The notes beneath the pieces are model-generated. The model made no database searches. It saw only the letters and a list, made by a program, of their open reading frames with translations, and was not told the DNA's origin. A stretch of 43,981 bases of DNA from Octopus bimaculoides (lineage: Eukaryota). The translations under genes were made by a program, and so were the position numbers. Of this stretch, positions 10,621 through 22,200 are shown piece by piece. How positions within the stretch are numbered: position 1 is the stretch's first letter; every line of letters begins with the position of its first letter. The stretch covers positions 39,336,255 to 39,380,235 of the forward strand of contig NC_068991.1 of the NCBI RefSeq assembly GCF_001194135.2. The letters run 5' to 3'.

Positions 10621-12690
10621 TGTCTGTCTATCTATCTCATTATCAGGACACAGTATAGCTGAATTGTTAAGTAGTTTGAGGTCCTAAGTTTGATCCCACT
10701 GTTTGGAAAGTTTCTTTTACCATAACTTCAATTCAGTCTCATCCTTGGGAACTTGTCTGCTGGATAGTGCATATAATTCAAAACTCCAGCCTTGTTATTT
10801 ACTGATTACCCCTGAGAATTATGTTAAGGATATACATCTCTATGTAAGAAATACTCAACCACTTCACTCATTAATTCACAGAGTAGGTCATTCAGTTGAT
10901 CAAACAACTGAATCTTCATCACTGGAATCAACAAAGAATCTGTGTGTGTTATACAGCTTATATGTAGTTGTTAGTACTTTCTAAAATCTCAAGATAATTG
11001 ACCATTATAGGAATGGACTTCATTATTCTTGTTTTATTGTGAAAAAGTATTAAACTTGAGCTAAGAAATGGTTAGTGTGAACTTGTATATATAGGTAATA
11101 GGAATAAATGGTGGGGGCATCTAATGAATGAAATATTTTGGTGGTGTTTTTTTGTTTCCTGTTGTCATGTGCATACATTGGTATTTTCTGGTGTAAACAT
11201 CTATTTTTCCATTTTAACATAGGTTAGATGGGAAATAATTATTTGAGAAAGGATTTTATGGTCAGATGCTCTTCCTGTCACCAACCTCTACTTGTTTTGA
11301 AAGTAAAAGATTTTTATTCCAAAAGTCTTTGAAAGTGCGGAATGTTGACAACATTGCCATTTCACTCAAAATGGTGACAAACATGGAATGTCAATATTCA
11401 TACATTCACTCACGCTTATATATGGAAACCAGTGCGGTTTGGTGACAGAAAGGGCATCTGTCTGCAGAAAACTTTACTGCAGCATACTCTTGTCTGACCT
11501 ATTCAAACATGGAAAAGTAGATACTGAAATGATAATGAAATTATGATGCTGGTGACAGGTTTCCTGCAATTTCTGTCTACCAAATTCACAGACAAGGCAT
11601 TAGTTGGGACTGGGCTAAAGTAGAAGAGAGCTACCTAGGTTGCTTTGAAGGGGGACTGAGCCCCTAAATTGATGAACATGTATATTGTGTATTGTGTGTG
11701 TATTGTTATCTGGGTAAAGTGAATGGGTTGGTTGGGTTGAAGTTAATAAGCCTCTATTTTTTAAGATCAGTATTTAATGGAAAAGATATGGTTAACAGTC
11801 TGAAGATGTTTTGAGAGCTGGAGTATTTTGATAAGGAATTAGTGGTGATTGTATGGAATGTAGTGTATTATTAACACGTGTTCTGTTAATTTGTGATGCC
11901 AGAATAAACTCCTTCTATCTGTACTTCCTGTGTTGAAGGTCTCTAAATTTCAATCTAAATTTTGTGTAATGTTAATTTATCTAAAATTATGACCCAAAAG
12001 ACACCTAGAACATCTAATCTTATCTAATCATAACATAAATGTCAACACAAGTAGCAGTTAGTGGTTCAATGTTTTTACTAATCTAGTAAATAGCTCACTT
12101 ATGAAATGTAGACCTATCAAGTTTCTTTGTTCTACAAAGTCCCCTACCTTCCATATAGACATTAGAATATGATGTAACACTGTTAAAATAAAATAACAGG
12201 ATAGTTTTTTTTTGTTTTTTTTTGAGAGAGAGAGAGAGAGATTGGAGGATGGTATATATAAGAACTTGGTGGTAGTTGTTTACTCCTTAATAGAGAATAA
12301 GGAAGTCATAATAGATTGATCTGACATTGCAGTTTGAAGATATGATTTAAGGAATTTTTAATTGTTGAGTCTTGAGGAAGGAGCATAGCCCCTGACCTTT
12401 GCAAGCCCTCCAGAACCAGCGTTAATTTTGTATAAGTTAATTTTGAAAGTTCTGAATGAAAGCTGTCATTGTTGGTTTTATGAAGATGTATAGTTATTTT
12501 TATTACAGGGTGTCTACACATACATATTTGTGGGTATTTATTATTTTTTTTATACTTTGCTAGATTTTAGAATGTATGCATGGTTAAGACTTTTTTATTT
12601 ATTCCTACATGCTTACCACAAGGTTTGTTTTTTACAAATTACAATAGCCATCTAATAAATTTACATTCAGTAATGTTAACTTGTACTAAG

Positions 12691-12891
12691 GCAGTGAGCT
12701 AGCAGAATCGTTAGCATGCCAGACAAAATGCTTAGCATTTACATTTAAAGTTCAAATTCCATTGAGGTCGATTTTGCTTTTTATCCCTTTCAGAGGTTGA
12801 TAAAATAAGTACCAGCTGATCACTGGGGTCAGTGTAAGTAGCTTACCCCTTCCCCCGAAATTGCTGACCTTATGCCAAAATTTGAAACCAA
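12691..12891 (+). mobile_element. tRNA-derived SINE with a long TSD
   Basis: Head (aa)ggcagtgagctagcagaatcgttagc, B-box-like gttcaaattcc. Direct repeat TAATGTTAACTTGTACTAAG at 12671-12690 and 12892-12911. Confidence 0.9.
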
Positions 12892-13230
12892 TAATGTTAA
12901 CTTGTACTAAGAAAAAGAAGTTGATGTTGTAAGTAGATTTATTTTCCAGGATCAATATGTTTGATTGTCTTTTGTTTCAAATGCTGCTTTCTTAATTGAC
13001 AAAATGACAATTGGATATTACTAGCAGGTAGTGTCTATCTTAATTTGTAATAATAGTAATTATAATATTGGGCAAATTAAGTGGTATAATTCAAGAGATG
13101 TAGATTTCATTAAAGCTTTGGTTAAATAAGTTTAGGTCTCATTTGTTTCTTAATTTTCTATTTCTTACTGAATTTTGCATAGCATTTTCATATTTTTCTG
13201 TTTTCAGAGCTAATCCTATTAATTCCCAAA

Positions 13231-13248
13231 ATGGCAAAATCTAAAAAG
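13231..13248 (+). CDS. LBR: LBR coding exon 1 (MAKSKK); exon starts ~13208
   Basis: Acceptor ttttctgttttcag, AAAATGG Kozak-like context, donor AAG|GTAAGA, phase 0 joining the RS exon. Confidence 0.75.
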
Positions 13249-16200
13249 GTAAGAAGCATTTTCCCTTGTTTTGATATGGTTTTGAAGAGTTCTATAATTT
13301 TGATAATACCAAGTATATTCTGTCACCTACTTTGTACAAATTTTATACTTGATTGAATATCAGTTATTGAGTGTAACTATCCAGCAAGTGGAGGGCCATG
13401 CAGGTAAGATAGTAAAGCAAATAGGTTCTTAAAATGGGTGCATCTTAATCCATATGGTGTATTATAGCAACTCAGCCTTGCAGAGTCCATCTCTCTCCAA
13501 GCTATAATTACAGGAAGATTGAAACCTTTTTTTTTTTTAAAACACACTACCTTGTATAAGTTAATTTTGAAAATAATGAAGAATTTGGTAAAATAGCTGA
13601 CATATTAAGTGGATGTTTGGGACATAGATTAACATGAAATTTTGATCGAAGGTTTTAAATTTTGATTACTTGAAGTGTGTACATAGGAGTAAAAGAGTAT
13701 AACATGAGTATTGTCTCATTTCGATGGCATTCCCTACACTTTCCCAGTATTGAAAGCCGTAGTTTTAGTCCATCGTACAGTAACTATTTAATTTCTTCAC
13801 CTTTAACTGTTCCCCAATGTTGACAGTGGTGTTGCATTGTTTTCAACAGTTGAAGTTTTGCAAGTTAATACATACTTCTAGATATTCTAGACCTTGTTCT
13901 GTGTCATAACTTTTTAAGATATTATCTTACTCCTTATGCATAACACAATTAAAACTCTCAAAATTTTCTACAGATACTGAGCTGCACAGTTGCTGAGCTG
14001 CATAGTTGCTGAGCTGCACAGTTGCTGATCTTTCCAAGCAATCTTTTTACATCATAACACATAAGACTGATTCTCCTCCTTTCCCAAAGACTAACCTTTC
14101 TTCTTAGGGCCAGCATATACTTCACCCCTGATCAGTTTCTTACCCTCTTGGTCAAGTAAAACTCATAGCTGAGATGCTTCTGCCATTACACATACAAGCA
14201 TTTTATCCTATATCCCAAAGAACAACCTTCTGATTAATGGGCAAAGCTCACTCACCAACACACCACAAACTCTGGCTTACACACCTAATGTTTCCTTTCT
14301 CTTCTGATTCTATTACTACTGCAATAGTTGAATGAGCATATGAACTAGCAGTGCTAGGCTAAAATTCATTGGACTGGAGAAAGCAATGGAAAATTGATCC
14401 AGTGTAATTTTTTCCTTGATTTGTTATGTGAAGACGATGTCTTCAGTTGCGTTCCAACAACCAAGCAGATTACACAGGATGTTACTGTTAGTACAGTTGG
14501 TGAATAAACACCTGTTTCATTCAGTAGAGCAATAAATAGTCAGTTGACTTCAGCAGTAGACCTTCCATTTCTAAAGGTATTCATCAATGAGTGATTAACT
14601 ATATTAATTTTTGGAGGAAAAACGAATATGTTAAGCAAAGGAAGTCATTTAACTACAGTATACAGTTAAACTCGGTTTATACTGAAAAATGGAAACTGTG
14701 CAGAATGTTATGGTAAACTAGATTCTGTATGCATCTGTATTTAAATTACATGTTAAACAGTGTGGTCTTTCATTCAACAATGTAGGTACTATTGATATAA
14801 GGGGTCTTATCAATTTATTGTATTTTCTCCTAAGAGGGTTACTTGTATTTAAAAGAGAATTTTGTAATGTGTAATTGTGGCTTGTGTAAATTATGGTGGC
14901 TCTACATTTGAAATTAAGGTAGTATACATAAGATCGGAAATGTGTCTGGTTCAATCAAATTAGGTTGCCTGCATGATTACTCTGCAAAACCTTCCTAATC
15001 TGTCTTGTTTTTAGAATGTCTAAAAACATATTTCAATTTTTATTCTGCATTTTACTTTTCTATCTTTATATTATTTGTCTGATTTAAATCTGAAGAAATT
15101 TGTTTGTTATGTAAATTTTCTTTGTTTTTGATTGTTTTTGTTTACTGTACAATGTTCATCAACACAATTTTGTCTGAAATATAACTTCATATATTACATA
15201 GATCTTTCTATTACATAGTTTTTTTTTTTGTTTTTTTCTGTAACTATAAAGAAAATCAGATTTATGATGAAGGGAAAAATAAGATATGTTTTTTAATCAC
15301 TAGTGTAAGTTATTCATAAAAATCTGGTAACACTGAGTACTGGCTACCAGATTTTTTTCTTAATCTCACCATCTTTATCTCTCTTTCCAGCTCTACCCCA
15401 ATTACTCTCACCCACTCTTGTAGAATGCAGGTAGCCATGTATCTCCTTCACTGCAGGAAACCCATTTTGCTCCTTCTTTCATACTTCAGCCTCTCAATAT
15501 CTAGCATAAAGCTCCTCCCTCTCCCCTGCAGCATCACTCAACTGAAGGGGATCTTGGTCTTGCGATCTACATGGTAACCTCAATAGTAATGGTTCCACAA
15601 AAAAAGCACCCAGTACACATACCAGAGTAGACACTGGAACGCTACACAGTTCTCCGTTTCATCAGATCCTGTAGAATCATACAACCCATGGCAACATGGA
15701 AGATAGGTCAGCCCTGACTCAACAAACCTAAGTTCAAAGGTGTTTCCAGTTCTGGTCATCTTGTCTTATCCCCCCCCCTACACACACATACCTCCAGACA
15801 GTGTATTTCATTCAAAATCCACAACCTAAAGATATTGGTGCACAGCAACATTTATTTCAATGGATCAATAACCTAGTACTGCCTATATCTTCACCAGGCC
15901 TGGTTGCACTTAGTACCAGTTGAGCATTGGAGTCGATTTTATTGAATTAGTTCCTTCCCCAAAACTGCTGGCGTTGTGCCAAAATTTGAAACCATTATTG
16001 GTTGTGAGGTTTAGAAGTTTGCTTCCCAGCTATGTGGTTTTGGATTCAGTCCCACAGCATGGCATCTTGAGTGAATGTATATATCAAATGTACAGAAAAG
16101 AAAAAAACAAAGAAAGGTCAGAGAACAACAAGTAGAAGTATTAATTTGATACTCGGGGAGAATGGGAAAGTTTTTGACGTTTCAATCCAATGCTTTTCTA

Positions 16201-19200
16201 TAGAAAGGGATAAGAAGGGAAAAACTCGAGAGAGAGAAAAAAAATGTCTGGATTAATGGTTTAACATGAAATTATCAAAGGAAAGAAGCCGATTGAAGGG
16301 GAGATAACAGCGACCCAACTGAACTGGAGCGTGCAAGCGCATGTATGTACAGGGGTTGGACAAAATAATGGAAACAACTAGCATCATAGCATCATAATTT
16401 TGAAATATCTATAAAACTGTCAAAAGCTTGTTTATTTTTATGGTTTTTGATTTATTATTAGTGTTGCTTAATATGTTTTGCTAAAATTGCTGTTTCTTTT
16501 CAGATATCATCAGAAAAAGGTAATTGAAATTCATTAAAATGACAGATCTATCGGACTTTCAAAGAAGTCAAATTGTTGGTGCTCATATGGCAGGCACTAG
16601 TGTAACGAAAACAGCCGAAATGTTTAGTGTATCAAGAAGTACTGTCTCGAAAGTAATGACAGCCTTTGAGAAAGAGGGAAAAACCTCCTTGTCGAAACAA
16701 AACTCTGGAAGAANNNNNNNNNNNNNNNNNNNNNNNNNNNNNNNNNNNNNNNNNNNNNNNNNNNNNNNNNNNTACGTGAATAGTTAGAAAGGATCACAAA
16801 AGTACAGCTCCCAAAATTACTGCAGAGCTTAATGACCACCTCAAGAGCCCAGTTTCCACAAAATCTGTTCGCCAGGAGCTGCACAAAGCCGGATTTCATG
16901 GGAGGGCTGCAATCAGAAAACCACTACTTTCAAAAACAAATTTTGCAAAGCACTTAGAGTGGAGTAAAATCCTACAGAATTGGTCCCTAGAGCAGTGGAA
17001 GAATGTTATTTTCTTGGACGAGTCATCCTTTACCTTATTTCCGACCACCGACCGAGAATACGTGTGGAGACAGCCAAAAGAAGCATTTGACCCAAACTAC
17101 CTTCTTCCAACTGTTAAACATGGAGGAGGATCTGTGATGATCTGGGAGGCTATATCTTGGAAATCTGCTGGCCCAATTGTTTCCCTTCATGGCAGAATTA
17201 ATAGTCAAGGCTATTTAAGCATTTTATCTGATCAAATTCTTCCTATGGTTGCGGAACTTTTTCCAGAGGGAAACGCAATCTTTCAGGATGATAACACACA
17301 CAGCTAAATTTGTTACTGAATGGCACACGGAACATTCTAGTAAAGTTGAACATCTTATCTGGCCACTACAATCCCCAGATTTCAATATTATTGAACATTT
17401 ATGGTGTATTTTAGAAAAACATGTAAGGAGTCGATATCCTCTGCCATCATCACTACAAGAATTGAAGAATGGACAAAAATTCCTTTGGAAACAATTCAAA
17501 CTTTGCATGAGTTCATACCTTGTAGAATTCAAGCTATAATTACTGCCAAAGGCGGTCCTACCTCATATTAAAATTAATTTGTTTGAAATTTTAAGGTGTT
17601 TCCATCATTTCGTCCAACCCCTGTGTGTGAGTGTGTGTGTAAATGGGGGCAACTGCATGTGTATGTGTGTGTATATGTATACATCTGTGTGTGTGCCTCT
17701 GCCACATCTTGACATCATGATAGTTATAAACAAATATCACTGTCATACAAGCAGTATCATTCATTTCCAATCTTCTGTGAAAACATACCCTGTCATGGGG
17801 AAAATATTACTTTGCTTGGGAACAGGTGAGGGTTGACTATAAGAAGGGCATCCAGCTATAGAAAATCCATCTCAATAAATTTTGCCTGACCTGTGCAAGT
17901 CTGGGAAAGTGAATGTAAAAATGATGGTGTGTGTGTGTGTGTCCTCCTCAAGATTATGGACATGTATTAAGAACTTTTTAACATTTTCTGTCATAAAATT
18001 GGTGCCTTTATTTCAGGATGCACGTTCAAGATCAAGAAGGAGATCTACTTCCAGAAGTCGAAGTCGCAGTCGTACAAGGACTGCTGCAAAGAAATCTGCA
18101 TCAGCCACAACAACACCAGTCCAGCGCAAAACGTCATCTCAAACAGTTGCAAAGTCTCCTCCCAAAACTGATCCTATTCGGATATCAAGTCGAATTGCAG
18201 CAAAGGTTACTTCTATTTTGTTGTTTAACCCCCCCCCCCCAATTTAACCTGAAAAGAGTAGACCCTATGATCAAAGATATTTTAATTATAAGTCTTTTAC
18301 ATTTTCTTCCCTTTCTGATATAGTGGGCTGCATTTTCCAATGTTTTCTCTTTTTTAAGACAGCAAAGTGTGTTTAGAGAGAGAGTTGGCTATTGCTTCTA
18401 GCCGGCTCATCTATTTTATTATTTCTTATTGAATGAATAATCAGTTATGAAAACAATGTCTTGCAGTGANNNNNNNNNNNNNNTTTTAGGTTTAAAATTT
18501 CTATGCGAAAAGAGAGCATGAGACTTGCAGTTAAATTCATGAAAGTCCAATCTGTATTAAGGTTAATCAGCAATTTACAGTTGGAAATTTTTATAATTTG
18601 ATTTGCTAATTTTGTGTTCTATTTATCCTGAGTTTTTTATTTTATTTTATTGTAAATCGTTTGTTTTGAATTATCTTTTTCATATTAAGGAAGAAAAGAA
18701 ATTGTTTGTCGAAAAGTTAGAAACTGTCCAAATCAAACAGATCTCTGAAACCAAAACAATTCCTGATGTGAAGATTGAAGATGAAAAGAAAATTCGGAAG
18801 ACACCAAAGAAACATATTGGCAGTGTTTTGGGTGCCTTGTCTTTTATAATTTTATTTCCACTCGCCACCTTTTACCTGGTTCTGCTGTGCCACAAGGTAA
18901 GATCTTGATTGCGATTTCAAAGATGTTGGATTGCTAACCGAAATATGCCAGAAATTTAATCCTTACCTACAACAACCCCTGTGTGTTTCATTTTGCTTAA
19001 CTAGAGATGGTTTCTCCTCATACTTAAAGTTCAGTGGCTAATGCTGGGAAGGAGTGGTCACTGTAGGCTTTGAATGCATTCATACTACCAAGGTAAAATA
19101 AAAAAAAAAACATTTTCCTTGTGTTGGCATCAATTTTTTTCATAGGTCAGATCAATTCCGTACCAATATATTTCTCTTTATATAAATATAAATACCAAAA

Positions 19201-22200
19201 TAGTTTAACAATCAGCAAGGAAAGCATTAGTCTTGTAAGCATTCCGGGCTGAGACACAGGGGTTGGCTGCTGTTTTGTAAATTTGTTTAACATGCCACCA
19301 AGGAAAAACTACTGATGAAAATATCTCTTCTATTACAAACCAGATAAACCATCCAAGACTGTTGTTCAGTTCTAAAGGATGTTTGTGATATTTCCAATGG
19401 AAAATCATGCAAGTGTTTGCTGTAATCTAGCAAGCTTTGATCATCATGTAATTCAGCTGAATCTCTTAAAGAGAACAGTTAACCTTCACCAGCAATTTAT
19501 TGTTGTTATTTATCCTCAGATCACCGTTTTAAGGCATGATGTATCTAGGACTATATTATCCTGGATGTGTGTCTCCTTTACTTCATAAAATAGTAGGATG
19601 TGATTTGAGGGAAATTTGACAGCTATTTCTTACAAATTAAACAACTGCATAGAATCTCTCTCTTTGGCTCATTCTTCTTACACTTCTCTAAAATTTGTGA
19701 TCATCTGATATACAAAGCCATAAAAAATATTTAACTTTGGTGAAATTTGACTTTAGAATCATGTAGTAGTAAACTTGTTAAAAGAATTTATCTGGTCTAA
19801 CTTTTGTATCATTTATACCAGCTTTGTTCAAGATGTGTTTTTTACTGTTATTTCCCATATTTCTTGTCCATTTTCTATTGACATTACTGATTTATAATCT
19901 ACTATGAAATTTTAGTATCAGTGCAGTATCACAAGTCTACCCAAAATACCAAAGAACTGGAAATATTACTTTGACCCATACTCTGCCAGTATTGTTGTTG
20001 GTTGGTTCCTGCTTCAGTCAGTATTAGCAATCATTCCAGTGGGAAGAAAAGTTACAGGACAGCCTTTACCATCTGGTGGTCGTCTGACCTATCGCTGTAA
20101 TGGTAAGTTAGAACACTATTGATTGTAATATCACTAAACCTTGTATGACCACGATGATTGATTTATCATCCCATTTTGGTTGTTTGAAGTAAAGCTTAAT
20201 TCAAATGCATTAGTCTTATTACATATTAACTCTTTCAGGCTTTAATTGATGCCATCTGAGACTTCCTCTCCTTCTTCTATGCAAAATCTTCTCCATTAAA
20301 ATAAAATGGTGAAAGTTAAAAGAGAGTATATGTGGTCAGTAGCTAGAGGATGAGGACTTCACTTCTAATTGAAATATGATTGAGTCTCATGTTATAATTA
20401 CATATACAAAATTCTATCATTGACAAATTCTGTCATGATTTCTATTATTGTTCTTGTTTTGTATCTACTAAACATAACTCTAAACCTAAACAAGACTTAT
20501 TCTTTAAGGATATCCTAACTGATGAAAATTTGTTATGAATTACAATTGTGAATCTCTGTCTTCTCCTTAACCAAATAGTTCTTAACCTTAAAAATCATTT
20601 AGTGAGGCTAAATGTATTATATCATCATCATCATCATTGTTTTAACATCCAGTTTTCCAGGAGTCCTACAATTCATTGAGCTAGATTTTCTATGGCTGGA
20701 TGCCCTTCCTGCCACCAAACCTCAACTGTTTCGTAGGTCTTCCTGTGGAAGAGGTAGACCTAAGAAGACATGGAATGAGGTGATGAAATATGATCGTCAG
20801 ATGTTGAGACTCACAGAGGCAATGACAAGTGACCAAGACTTTTAGTGATTTGCTGTGCTTGAGAAGATACATCAAGCTTCATAGTTGTGGCCAGTGATGA
20901 TGAGACATCGATGACATGTAAAAGGTGGCACATAAAAAGCAGCACCCCATGCCAGTGACATGTGAAGGGCAGCACCTGTGCTGGGGACATGTAAACAGCA
21001 TCCATGCTGGTGACTTGTAAACAGCACCCAGTACATTCTATGAGATGGTTGGTGTTAGGAAGGGCATCTTGCCATAGAAAGCACATCAAAACAGACTGGA
21101 ACCAGATGCAGCTCCCCGGCCTACTAGTTCCAATCAAACTGTCAAACCCATGCCATCATGGAAAACAGGCATCAGGAGGAGGAGGAGTGGTGCTGGTTGT
21201 TGTTGTTTACACAGAAAGCTGAAGATAAACAGCATTGCTTGTCAAGTATACCCACACATACAACAAGCTTTTATCAGTTTCCATCTACCAAATCTACTGC
21301 TTTTCTTCTGTATAGGAAGGGCACCTAGCCACAGAAAACATGACAAGAGCCGGAATGTGTGTGAGACATGATTCCCAAAGCAATCTCTGAGGACAAGGTC
21401 ATTAATAAGAACTGACATGTTCGTGATGATCCATCCAACCCATATCTGTGTGGCAAAGTGGAATAATGATGGTGATGGTGATTACGATGTACTCTCTTAA
21501 CATTTCCACTTCATTTATAACTTTTTTAAAAATCTGATGAACTATGATAAAGTGCATTCAGCTATCTCAGAAGAAATGGTTGGAATCCTGCACAACTACT
21601 TCACTAATTTCTCTTCCATTCTCTGATAAATCCATTCCTCTTAAACACTTATTTTATCATAGTTGAGTAAAGAAACTTCTTTTTTTTTTAAATTTATATT
21701 TGGATGTTGTCTTCTGAAATATGAAATTGTTGCAAATTAATAGTTTTCAGTTTACCCAGACCATTTTTGTATGTGTGATATCAAAATATTTCACAAACAC
21801 ATACTTCAACATTTTTCTTTCTTTTTCAGGTTTTTTTGCATTGGTAGTTGTCCTTGCTATGCTTGGACTTGCTCTCTACTTAGAGCTGCCAATCACTTTT
21901 GTGTATGACAAATTATTTTCAATAGTCATTACATCAGCAATTCTAGCTTTTATTCTGAGCATTGTATTCTACATCAAGTCCAGATATGCATCACCAACAG
22001 CAATTGCAGCTTCTGGCAATACTGGTAAATATCTCCAAACTACTTTTTTTTCCCCAGGCATGTTCCTCATTTATTTATTTATAACAACTGTATTTAACAT
22101 TGTGACTCATCTGCAAACCACCCAGAGTTTGACAGTCTTGTTTATTTTATTGGCAGTCATCACACACACACACTCTCTCTCTCACTCTCACTCACAGGTA

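Noticed and set aside
13977-14028. Short direct repeats as a CRISPR-like array
   Set aside because: No spacers, a 16-bp head-to-tail unit, and a eukaryotic intron context.
13650-14340. Possibly coding-like decayed sequence on the minus strand
   Set aside because: No recognisable motif, and multiple stops.
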